Shown here: positions 34,540-46,746 of the stretch, piece after piece
Layout of the letters: every line of letters starts with the position of its first letter
How positions within the stretch are numbered: the stretch's first letter is position 1
Origin: an uncultured Acidobacteriota bacterium
GTDB taxonomy: Bacteria; Acidobacteriota; Thermoanaerobaculia; Multivoradales; UBA5704
NCBI GenBank assembly: GCA_963756595.1
Contig: CAVWOZ010000015.1
Span: 132,975-196,974, forward strand
Length of the DNA stretch: 64,000 bases
Reading direction: 5' to 3'
Notes under the pieces: model-generated
What the model saw: only the letters and a program-made list of their open reading frames with translations
Database searches by the model: none
What the model was told of the DNA's origin: nothing
Program-made: the position numbers and the translations under genes

Positions 34540-35486
34540 GCCGGCCGGCCGGCGGAACCGAGGCGCTGGTCCGCGAGCTGGGCCCCGACCGGGTGAGGAC
34601 GGGCGAGATCCTCGCTCCCTACACCACGTTCCGGATCGGCGGCCCGGCCGACCTCTTCTACGAGGCGAGGACGTCTGAGGAGCTCGCCGCGGCCGTCCGC
34701 GCCTCCCGCGAGCACGGCGTCCCCTTCTTCCTGCTCGGGCTGGGCGCGAACATCCTGGTCGGCGACCGCGGCTTCCGGGGGCTGGTGATCCGCAACCTGG
34801 CGCGACGCCTCGACTTCTCCCCCGAGCAACGGACGGTGCGCGCCGAGAGCGGGGCGATCGTCTACCCGGACCTGATCGACGCCGCCATCGCCCACGGCCT
34901 CTCCGGGCTCGAGCACTATGCGGGGATCCCCTCGACGGTCGGCGGCGCGCTCTGGCAGAACCTCCACTTCCTCTCCCCCGCCCCGGAGCGCGAACGGACG
35001 ATGTTCATCGCCGAGGTGACGCGAGGGGCCGAGATCCTGACCCCGGAGGACGAGCGGCGGACGGTCGACGTCTCTTACTTCGAGTTCGGCTACGACACGT
35101 CGGTCCTCCACCAGCGGCCGGACATCGTTCTCGCCGCCACCTTCGAGCTGGTGCCCGCGGAGCCCGAGCGGATGCGCGGCATCGTCGCGGAGAACCTCGA
35201 GTGGCGTCACGCCCGCCATCCTCCCCTCGACAGCGAGCCGAGCGCCGGCTCCATCTTCAAGAAGATCGAGGGGATCGGCGCCGGCCGCCTGATCGACGAG
35301 TGCGGCCTCAAAGGGACCCGCATCGGCGGCGCCGAGATCACCCGGCGGCACGCCAACATCTTCATCAATCGCGGCGGCGCCACCGCCGCCGACGTCCAGG
35401 CGCTGATCGACCGCTGCCAGGAGGAGGTCTCGGCGCGGCTCGGCTACCGGCTGGAGGTCGAGATCTCGCGGGTCGGCGAGTTCTAG
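34536..35486 (+). CDS. murB: UDP-N-acetylenolpyruvoylglucosamine reductase
   Basis: 'YTTFRIGGPADLF', 'FFLLGLGANILV', 'PSAGSIFKK', 'GGAEITRRHANIFINRG'. The GTG start overlaps the rpiB stop. Confidence 0.9.
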   Translation: MSRPAGGTEALVRELGPDRVRTGEILAPYTTFRIGGPADLFYEARTSEELAAAVRASREHGVPFFLLGLGANILVGDRGFRGLVIRNLARRLDFSPEQRTVRAESGAIVYPDLIDAAIAHGLSGLEHYAGIPSTVGGALWQNLHFLSPAPERERTMFIAEVTRGAEILTPEDERRTVDVSYFEFGYDTSVLHQRPDIVLAATFELVPAEPERMRGIVAENLEWRHARHPPLDSEPSAGSIFKKIEGIGAGRLIDECGLKGTRIGGAEITRRHANIFINRGGATAADVQALIDRCQEEVSARLGYRLEVEISRVGEF

Positions 35487-36667
35487 AGGATTCGGTCGTA
35501 CTCCGCGAGCAGCCGCTTCGCCACCTCTTCCGGATCGTGTCGCTCCCGGCGCGCCCGCCGTCCCTCCGCGACCAGCGCGGCGGCGAGCCCGGGCTCCTGG
35601 TGAATCCGCGCGAGCGCCGCCGCGAAGGCCCGGGCATCCCCGGCCACCAGGGCCTCGACGCCGTCCCTCGCCTCCAGCCCGGCGAGGGCGGCCGGGGTCG
35701 CCACCACCGGCACGCCGCGGGCCCAAGCCTCGAGGATCTTGATGCGGACGCCGGACGCGATCCGCAGCGGCACAGCGAGGATCGAGCCCGGAGCGTAGGC
35801 CTCGGCGCTCTCCCGGGGCGAGGGATACGCGACGATCCCCTGCGCCTCTCTGGCCGGCGACGCTCCGAAGAGATACAGGACGGCGCCCGGCAGCGCCTCG
35901 CGCACCCGCGGCCAGACCTCGGCCAGGAACCAGGCGGTCCCCTCCTCGTTCGGCAGCCACCCCCGGCTGCCGAAGAGGACGACCGCCGGCTCCCCCGCGA
36001 GCCGCCCCGTTCCGGGAGGGATATCGGGGAACGGTGCGCGGACGACTCCCACCTTCTCCTCAACCGCCTCCCCTCCCGCCAGCTCGCATAGCCGCGCGGC
36101 ATCCTCGCGAGTCAGCGCCAGGGTCCTGGCGACCCGGCGCACCGCACGTCCCTCCCAGGCTGCCAGCTTCCCCGCTTCCCCCTTCAGGAAGAATCCCCGC
36201 AGCCCCCTCCCCTGCCGGGCCGTCGCCGCCCAGAGGTCGCTCTCCACGTTCTGGGCCCGCAGGATCACCGGCAGCCCGCGCGCGAAGGCCGGCTCCGCCT
36301 GCGGCAACGCCTGGAGCTGCTCGGCGTGGACGAGATCGAAGCGACCGGCCGCCAATCGCTTCTCTACCTCTTCCTGTACCGCCGGCAGGGAGTGCCGGGC
36401 GATCGACAGCGGCCCTCCCGCGGCCCGCAGCAGTGCAGCGACGGCCGGCAGCGGTGCCGCCGGGACCAATGCGGGCTCGCACCAGGGGGAGAGCTGGCGG
36501 GCGACCTCGGCGAGATCGAAGGCTCTGGGGTCGACCGGCGCCACCAGAGTCGCGCGGCACCCCGCGTCGGCCAGCCCTTGCAGGGTATTGAGGAGGAGGA
36601 GCCGCCCGCCGTCGACCGGCGGCCAGGGGGACTTGGTCGCCACGACGAGGACGTTGAGAGGGCTCAT
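35483..36667 (-). CDS. Glycosyltransferase, GT4 (GT-B fold) family
   Basis: 'LNVLVVATKSPWPPVDGG', C-terminal 'PLRIASGVRIKILEAWARGVPVVAT'. I chose ATG 36667; the track ORF opens at TTG 36691. Confidence 0.8.
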   Translation of the reverse strand: MSPLNVLVVATKSPWPPVDGGRLLLLNTLQGLADAGCRATLVAPVDPRAFDLAEVARQLSPWCEPALVPAAPLPAVAALLRAAGGPLSIARHSLPAVQEEVEKRLAAGRFDLVHAEQLQALPQAEPAFARGLPVILRAQNVESDLWAATARQGRGLRGFFLKGEAGKLAAWEGRAVRRVARTLALTREDAARLCELAGGEAVEEKVGVVRAPFPDIPPGTGRLAGEPAVVLFGSRGWLPNEEGTAWFLAEVWPRVREALPGAVLYLFGASPAREAQGIVAYPSPRESAEAYAPGSILAVPLRIASGVRIKILEAWARGVPVVATPAALAGLEARDGVEALVAGDARAFAAALARIHQEPGLAAALVAEGRRARRERHDPEEVAKRLLAEYDRIL

Positions 36668-36750
36668 TTGGGGTCTGAAGGGGGTCGACAAACCCTTGTG
36701 GCTCTAGGCACAAAAAGTTTGGAGGGTGATTTTACGTCTATTCAGGCTTC

Positions 36751-38274
36751 ATGCTAGCCAGAACCACAGCAGCAACCCCATGGGGAATCGAAGCCCGTCC
36801 CGTCCAGGTAGAGGTCGACGTCCACAACGGACTCCCGCAGGTCCAGATCGTGGGACTTGCCGACGCCGCGGTCCGCGAGAGCCGCGAGCGTGTGCGCGCC
36901 GCGATCAAGAACTGCGGCTTCGACCTGGATCCCAAGTCCATCATCATCAATCTCGCTCCCGCCGACCTCCGCAAGGAGGGGAACCACCTCGACCTCGCCA
37001 TCGCGCTCGCCATGCTGGCGGCCTACGAGCAGATCCCTCAGTGTGCGCTCGACGGCCGCCTGATCTGCGGCGAGCTGGGGCTCGACGGCGCCATCCGCAC
37101 GGTCCGCGGCGGCCTCGCCATCGCCGACCTCGGCCGGCGGCTCGGCTACCGCGAGGTCCTCCTTCCCGCCGCCAACGCCGCCGAGGCGGCAGCGCTCGAG
37201 GCGCTTCCGGTGGTGGGGCTCCGCGGCCTCGCCGAGGCGGTGCAGCACCTGACCGGCGAGTCGGAGATCCTCGCCACACCGGCCGCCTTCTTTGCCGGGT
37301 TCCCGAGCAGCGGCGTCGCCGACCTCGCGGAGGTTCGCGGCCAGGAGACGGCGAAGCGGGCCCTCGAGGTGGCGGCGGCTGGAGGGCACAACCTCCTCTT
37401 CCTGGGCCCCCCCGGCTCGGGGAAGACGATGCTCGCCCGCCGCCTGCCCGGCCTCCTCCCGCCGCTCAGCCTGGCGGAGTCGATCGCGGTCACCAAGATC
37501 CACTCCCTGGTCGCCGAGGAGCCGCCGGCCGGCCTGCTGCGCGAACGTCCCTTCCGCAGCCCGCACACCGGCACCAGCACCGCCGGGATGATCGGCGGCG
37601 GCAGCAATCCCCGTCCCGGCGAGGCGAGCCTGGCCCACAACGGCGTCCTCTTCCTCGACGAGCTCCCCGAGTTCCGGCGCGACACCCTGGAGGCCCTGCG
37701 CCAGCCGCTCGAGGAAGGGACGGTCAGCGTCGTGCGAGCCCGCGCCCGCATGCTTTTTCCAGCCCGCTTCTCCCTCCTCGCCGCGATGAATCCGTGCCCG
37801 TGCGGACATCTGGGAGACCCTCGCTACTCCTGCAGATGTCCGCCGCCCCTCGTCGAGCGCTACCGGGGACGGGTCTCCGGGCCGCTGCTCGACCGCATCG
37901 ACCTCCACGTCGAGGTGCCGGCGGTGAGCTTGAAGGAATTGCGCTCCTCGGCCGGCGAGAGCACAGAGACCGTGGCGGCCCGCGTCGCCGGCGCCCGCGC
38001 CCTCCAGGTCGAGCGCTTCGGATCGCAGGTCGCGACGCCGACCAACGCCGCCATGGGCCCCGACCAGCTCCGCCGGTTCTGCCGGGTCGACCCGGCCGGC
38101 CGGGCGCTGCTCGACGCCGCCTTCGAGAAGCTCGGCCTCTCCGCCCGCGCCCTCGACCGCGTCCTCAAGGTAGCCCGCACCATCGCGGACCTCAACGGCA
38201 GCGAAGCCGTCCGCGCCGCCCACCTCGCCGAGGCGATCCAGTACCGCAGCCTCGACCGGCGGGTGGTGGGGTGA
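36751..38274 (+). CDS. comM: YifB/ComM-family Mg-chelatase-like ATPase
   Basis: N-terminal Lon-like 'VEVDVHNGLPQVQIVGLADAAVRESRERV', Walker A 'LFLGPPGSGKTMLARRL', 'GVLFLDELPEF'. Confidence 0.9.
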   Translation: MLARTTAATPWGIEARPVQVEVDVHNGLPQVQIVGLADAAVRESRERVRAAIKNCGFDLDPKSIIINLAPADLRKEGNHLDLAIALAMLAAYEQIPQCALDGRLICGELGLDGAIRTVRGGLAIADLGRRLGYREVLLPAANAAEAAALEALPVVGLRGLAEAVQHLTGESEILATPAAFFAGFPSSGVADLAEVRGQETAKRALEVAAAGGHNLLFLGPPGSGKTMLARRLPGLLPPLSLAESIAVTKIHSLVAEEPPAGLLRERPFRSPHTGTSTAGMIGGGSNPRPGEASLAHNGVLFLDELPEFRRDTLEALRQPLEEGTVSVVRARARMLFPARFSLLAAMNPCPCGHLGDPRYSCRCPPPLVERYRGRVSGPLLDRIDLHVEVPAVSLKELRSSAGESTETVAARVAGARALQVERFGSQVATPTNAAMGPDQLRRFCRVDPAGRALLDAAFEKLGLSARALDRVLKVARTIADLNGSEAVRAAHLAEAIQYRSLDRRVVG

Positions 38275-38297
38275 CTTGAAATGACCTTTGACAATCT

Positions 38298-38315
38298 GTT
38301 AACGGGAGAGTTAAC
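38298..38315. promoter_or_regulatory. Two GTTAAC palindromes 6 nt apart, abutting the toxin start codon (candidate TA operator)
   Basis: GTTAAC-gggaga-GTTAAC-ATG. A TTGACA hexamer lies at 38288-38293. Confidence 0.3.
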
Positions 38316-38723
38316 ATGAACCTCGTTCGAATCGCCAAGCTCCGTTGGGATGTGCTGGCGATCCTCGACGCCCGGGGTCGCTGCCCGGTCCTCGAGTTTC
38401 TGGAAGACCTTCAAGGGCCTCAGCGCACTGCCGCGGACCAGATGTTGGTTTTATTGCGCCACCAGATCCCGGCGAACGGACCGCCCAAAGGGGCGCCAGT
38501 CTGCAAGCCCTTGGGTGATGGGCTCTACGAGCTACGCCGCCAACCCAAGGGGAAGAAGCTGCGGCTCGTTTGGTTCTACGGCGGCGGTGCCGTGATCGTC
38601 TGCGCCGCCGCTTTCACCAAAGCCGAGCGTACGCCACGGACCGAGCTCGAGCGTGCGAAGCAGGCGAAAGAAGATTACTGGCACGCCCGGGCGCGCTCCG
38701 AGCTGCGGATCGTGGAACGTTAG
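38316..38723 (+). CDS. RelE/ParE-superfamily toxin (Gp49/HigB-like)
   Basis: 'CPVLEFLEDL', 'LGDGLYELRRQPKGKKLRLVWFYGGGAVIVCAAAFTK'. It is followed by an HTH gene (toxin-first order, as in HigBA). Confidence 0.7.
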   Translation: MNLVRIAKLRWDVLAILDARGRCPVLEFLEDLQGPQRTAADQMLVLLRHQIPANGPPKGAPVCKPLGDGLYELRRQPKGKKLRLVWFYGGGAVIVCAAAFTKAERTPRTELERAKQAKEDYWHARARSELRIVER

Positions 38724-38743
38724 ACCGTCAGGAGGTATCTTCA

Positions 38744-39130
38744 ATGAGCACCAAAGGCCTGGACCCTGAGAGCGCCGACAAGTACCGTGCCTTCTTCGCA
38801 CGGGCCGAGTCCTCCCCGGACTACTGGATGGGTATCCCCATCGTCGAGCTGACCGAGGACATCTGCCGGCTGATGGAAGAGAAGCAAATCTCGCGCGCCG
38901 AGCTGGCCCGCCGCTTGGGGACCTCGCGGGCCTATGTCACGAAGCTCCTCGACGGCAACGCCAATTTCACCCTCGCCACCATGGTCAAGCTCGCCATGGC
39001 GCTCGACGGCGCTCTCCACCTTCATATCGCGGACCGGCGGGCAGCGACCCGCTGGTACGACGAGATGCCGGCGGAAGGTGAAACGGTGGAGGCCCAAGCC
39101 CCTGCGGCCAGCCGGTCCGCGGCCCGATAG
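38744..39130 (+). CDS. XRE-family HTH antitoxin (HigA-like)
   Basis: 'KQISRAELARRLGTSRAYVTKLLDGNANFTLATMVKLAMAL'. ATG at 38744. Confidence 0.7.
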   Translation: MSTKGLDPESADKYRAFFARAESSPDYWMGIPIVELTEDICRLMEEKQISRAELARRLGTSRAYVTKLLDGNANFTLATMVKLAMALDGALHLHIADRRAATRWYDEMPAEGETVEAQAPAASRSAAR

Positions 39131-39324
39131 GCGGCGAGATGTACAGCCCCAGGGAGTGTAAATTCGCGCATCCCTGGCATGCTGATTTCCCATATGTTAC
39201 CAAAGGGCTTGACACCGGGATGTCAGGGTCTAGAATACGCTCCGCGCTTGCCGCTGGGTTCCAAAAATTTGGTTTTCCTGGGCTCGACGGTGTCCAGCTC
39301 AACGGGCTCCTTGTAAGAAGATTC

Positions 39325-40215
39325 ATGGCAAAACGACACCACACGATCATCCTCATCCCCCACGCGCACGCCAAGCTGCGCAAGTGGCAGGTGACCAGCC
39401 TCCAGGTCGGGATCGTCGCCGGTGTCTTCCTTCTCCTCTCGCTCGCCGCGGGGCTCTTCACCTGGCTCCACTTCAGCCGCAACGTCAATCCCGTCGAGAT
39501 CGCCCGCCTGAAGAGCGAGAACCAGCAGCTCCAGAAGGCGAACCAGGACTTCGAGTCGAGCCTGAAGAAGCTCCAGAACCAGCTCTCCGGGTACGAGGAG
39601 CGGACGCGGCAGCTCGCCATCGTCGCCGGCGTCGAGGGACTGGCGAACGGCGCCGAGCCGGGGATCGGCGGCGCGGCGGCTTCCGAGGAGATCGGCGCCG
39701 CGGCTCTCCCGCAGATGTCGCAGATGTCAGCACGCGCCGGCGGGCTCGCGGGCGCCCTCGACGCGGTCGAGACCAAGCTCAACGAGCGGATGCGCTGGAT
39801 CTCCTCCACTCCGGCGATCTCCCCCGTCAAGGGGATCTTCACCAGCGGCTTCGGCGTGCGCGCCGATCCCCTGACCCACGGCCGCGGCGTCCACCAGGGG
39901 GTCGACATCGCGGCGCCGCCGGGGCAGCCGGTCCACGCCAGCGCCGACGGCGTGGTGGTCGAGGCCGGCGAGGTCGGCGGCTACGGCCAGGCGGTCTTCG
40001 TCGCCCACGGCTTCGGCGTCACCACCCGCTACGGCCACATGTCCCACATCGACGTGCGGCCGGGACAGCGGGTCCGGCGCGGCGACATCGTGGGGCGGGT
40101 CGGCAACACCGGCCGCTCGACCGGCTACCACCTGCACTACGAAGTCCGCGTCGACGGCGACCCCGTCAACCCCCTCGCCTACATCCTCGACGACACGGCA
40201 GCCGGCGCCTCCTAG
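39325..40215 (+). CDS. M23-family metallopeptidase with N-terminal membrane anchor and coiled coil
   Basis: 'HQGVDIAAPPGQPVHASADGVV', 'GYGQAVFVAHGFGVTTRYGHMS', 'GNTGRSTGYHLHYEV'. I chose ATG 39325 ('MAKRHHTIILIP'). Confidence 0.88.
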   Translation: MAKRHHTIILIPHAHAKLRKWQVTSLQVGIVAGVFLLLSLAAGLFTWLHFSRNVNPVEIARLKSENQQLQKANQDFESSLKKLQNQLSGYEERTRQLAIVAGVEGLANGAEPGIGGAAASEEIGAAALPQMSQMSARAGGLAGALDAVETKLNERMRWISSTPAISPVKGIFTSGFGVRADPLTHGRGVHQGVDIAAPPGQPVHASADGVVVEAGEVGGYGQAVFVAHGFGVTTRYGHMSHIDVRPGQRVRRGDIVGRVGNTGRSTGYHLHYEVRVDGDPVNPLAYILDDTAAGAS

Positions 40216-40344
40216 GCCGCCGCGCGCCGGTCCCTCCCCGCGCTCCCCCCGGGGCGTTGCATGGAATCTTTCTGGTAGACTGCGGGTTGTAAACGCGTGC
40301 TTTCGAGCTCGATCCCGAGCCTTCCCTCCCCTGAGCGAGAACTG

Positions 40345-43041
<2,697 letters not shown>

Positions 43042-43067
43042 CGTCTTCGGGACGGAGACTCGAGAGC

Positions 43068-43094
43068 AAAGGGGCGGCCGGTCGGCCGCCCTTT
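43068..43094 (+). terminator. Rho-independent terminator after secA
   Basis: AAA-GGGCGGCC-ggtc-GGCCGCCC-TTTT. Confidence 0.75.
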
Positions 43095-43188
43095 TCACAG
43101 GCGACCTGATATCCTGCGGGCGTCACCCGATCCGGTCCCCCGTGCTCTCGTTGAACCATCGTTTCGTTTTGAAGGAACCATTGTACGC

Positions 43189-44658
<1,470 letters not shown>

Positions 44659-44687
44659 TCGGAACGAACCGAACGAACCGGCGGCGG

Positions 44688-45602
44688 TTACCAGCTGCTC
44701 GAGGAGCCGCCGCCGCCGAAGCTGCCGCCGCCTCCCGAGAAACCGCCGCCTCCCCCACCTCCGCCCCAGCCGCCCCGTCCTCCCCCGCCGCCCCAGCCTC
44801 CGGGGCCGCCCATCCACCATCCGCCCGGCCCGCGGAACCCTCCGGAGGACGGGGTCTTCGGCAGGACCATGCGCAGGATCGGGAAGAGGATCAGCCAGAT
44901 TCCGGCCGCCACCAGCCCGACCACCGTGCTCGCCAGCGAGCCCAGGAAGAAGAGGATGGGGAGCACCACGATGTAGACGATCCAGCTCCCGCTGCGGATG
45001 GCGTTGAGGATGAAGGGGCCGAGGGCGAAGAGGGCGAAGATCAGGAGGCCCGGCCACGAGCGGGACTCGCCGCCGTTCCCCTCCGGCTGCTGCGCCGCCG
45101 GCGTCGCCAGCGGCTTCCCCTGGAGGGTGGTGACGAGGGCGTCGACCCCGGCCTCGATGCCGCCGCCGAAGTCCCCCTGCTTGAAGTGGGGGATGATGAT
45201 CTGGGTCTGGATGATGTTGGTCTGCAGGTCGGTGAGCTCGGGCTCCAGGCCATAGCCGACCTCGATCCGCATCTTGCGGTCCTCTTTGGCGACCAGCAGG
45301 ATCACGCCGTTGTTCTTCCCCTTCTGGCCGAGCGCCCAGGCGCGCCCCGTCTTGTTGGCGAAGTCCTCGATCGGATCGCCGTCCAGGCTGTCGACGGTGA
45401 GCACCGCGAGCTGGTCGCCGGTCTGCTTCTCGAGCGCCGCGAGCTGGGTCTCGATCCGCTGCCGCTGCTCGGGAGAGAGCAGGTTCGCCTGATCGACCAC
45501 CCGGCCGGTGAGCGGCGGCACGTCCTTGGCGCTCGCCCGCCCTGGTGAGCCGAGGAGGAGAAGGAGAGCGATCAGCGGCAGCAGCGGCAGCAAACGGCGC
45601 AT
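44688..45602 (-). CDS. TPM-domain protein (YgcG-like) with signal peptide, TM segments and Gly-rich tail
   Basis: 'LTGRVVDQANLLSPEQRQRIETQLAALEKQTGDQLAVLTV', 'GVILLVAKEDRKMRIEVGYGLE', C-terminal 'GGGGGRGGWGGGGGGGGFSGGGGSFGGGGSSSSW'. Confidence 0.8.
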   Translation of the reverse strand: MRRLLPLLPLIALLLLLGSPGRASAKDVPPLTGRVVDQANLLSPEQRQRIETQLAALEKQTGDQLAVLTVDSLDGDPIEDFANKTGRAWALGQKGKNNGVILLVAKEDRKMRIEVGYGLEPELTDLQTNIIQTQIIIPHFKQGDFGGGIEAGVDALVTTLQGKPLATPAAQQPEGNGGESRSWPGLLIFALFALGPFILNAIRSGSWIVYIVVLPILFFLGSLASTVVGLVAAGIWLILFPILRMVLPKTPSSGGFRGPGGWWMGGPGGWGGGGGRGGWGGGGGGGGFSGGGGSFGGGGSSSSW

Positions 45603-45603
45603 C

Positions 45604-46266
45604 TCATTCCTTTTCCAGACGGAGGGCGTTCGGAAGCTCGTCCTGGTCGTCAGCCTGGCGCGCCACGCCGTGAGTCGCCAACAGCTCGCCGCAGGCGCCG
45701 ATCGCCTCGACCAGCGCGGGCCCCGGCCGCCCCTCGCGAATCCCCCGCGCCAGCTTGCCGGTGATCTCCTCCCAGGCCCCCTCCTTCACCGCCTGGTGAA
45801 TCCCCGCGTCGGCGAGCAGCACGACCCGGCGCTCGAAGAGGGAGAGGAAGAGGAGGATGCCGGTGCGGTCGCGGGTGCGGAAGACCTCCTGATCGAGGAA
45901 GGCCGCGGCGGCCCGCCGGCGGGCGCGGGCGTCGAGCGCCGCCTCCCCCGCCAGGGCACGGCGGAGCGGCGGCAGCAGGGAGAGCAGATAGCCGAGCGCG
46001 CCACCCAGCAAGGCCGGCAGGGCGATCCACAGTTCGGGCGAAACGCCCCAGATCGATCCCCAGCGGTAGAGCGCGAACGCCGCCATCGGCCCGAGGAGCG
46101 CGCCGAGCGCCGCGCCCTTCCACGGGGAAGTCGCGTAGTCGTCGCTCCGCTCCACGACGTAGGGGACGATCTCCCCCGACGTCTTCCCCTCCGCCGCGGC
46201 CACGGCGGCTTCGATGGCCGCCCGGTCGGCGGGGGTGAAGAGGCGTTCGGTCTCCATCGTCGTCAT
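45604..46266 (-). CDS. TPM-domain membrane protein
   Basis: This is the C-terminal part of the long track ORF: 'ERLFTPADRAAIEAAVAAAEGKTSGEIVPYVVERSD', two TM stretches, 'RTGILLFLSLFERRVVLLADAGI'. Start is ATG 46266 or 46257. Confidence 0.65.
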   Translation of the reverse strand: MTTMETERLFTPADRAAIEAAVAAAEGKTSGEIVPYVVERSDDYATSPWKGAALGALLGPMAAFALYRWGSIWGVSPELWIALPALLGGALGYLLSLLPPLRRALAGEAALDARARRRAAAAFLDQEVFRTRDRTGILLFLSLFERRVVLLADAGIHQAVKEGAWEEITGKLARGIREGRPGPALVEAIGACGELLATHGVARQADDQDELPNALRLEKE

Positions 46267-46280
46267 CCTATCCCGGTTTG

Positions 46281-46697
46281 TCATTCCGTCGGGATTCCTC
46301 GCTCCCGCTTGCGCTGGCTCTGCCGGCGCTTCTCGTCGAGGCGGCGGGCCTTGGCGGCGCGGGAGGGGCGGGTCTTCCGGCGCGGCGCCTCCTCCTTGAG
46401 GTTCTCCCGCAGCAGCTCGGCGAAGCGTTCGACGGCGGCCTCGCGGTTCGCCCCCTGGGTGCGGTGGCGCTGCGCGGTGATGTGGAGGACGCCGTCGCGG
46501 GTGATCCGCGTCGCCAGGCGCTCGCGCAGGCGGAGCTTCTGCTCCTCGGAGAGGGCACCCGAGCCGGCGAGGTCGAAGCGCAGGGTCACCCGGGTCTCCA
46601 GCTTGTTGACATTCTGCCCGCCGGGGCCGCCGCTCCTCGAGGTCGCGAAGGTGACGTCTTCGTCGGGGATGGCGAGGTGGTCGTCGATCGGAATCAT
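46281..46697 (-). CDS. arfB: Alternative ribosome-rescue factor ArfB (peptidyl-tRNA hydrolase, YaeJ family)
   Basis: 'SRSGGPGGQNVNKLETRVTLRF' (GGQ motif) and a basic C-terminal tail. Confidence 0.88.
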   Translation of the reverse strand: MIPIDDHLAIPDEDVTFATSRSGGPGGQNVNKLETRVTLRFDLAGSGALSEEQKLRLRERLATRITRDGVLHITAQRHRTQGANREAAVERFAELLRENLKEEAPRRKTRPSRAAKARRLDEKRRQSQRKRERGIPTE

Positions 46698-46746
46698 GAT
46701 TCAGTATCCCAGGTAAGATGGCGTTACGAAACAGGAGATCTCGCTC

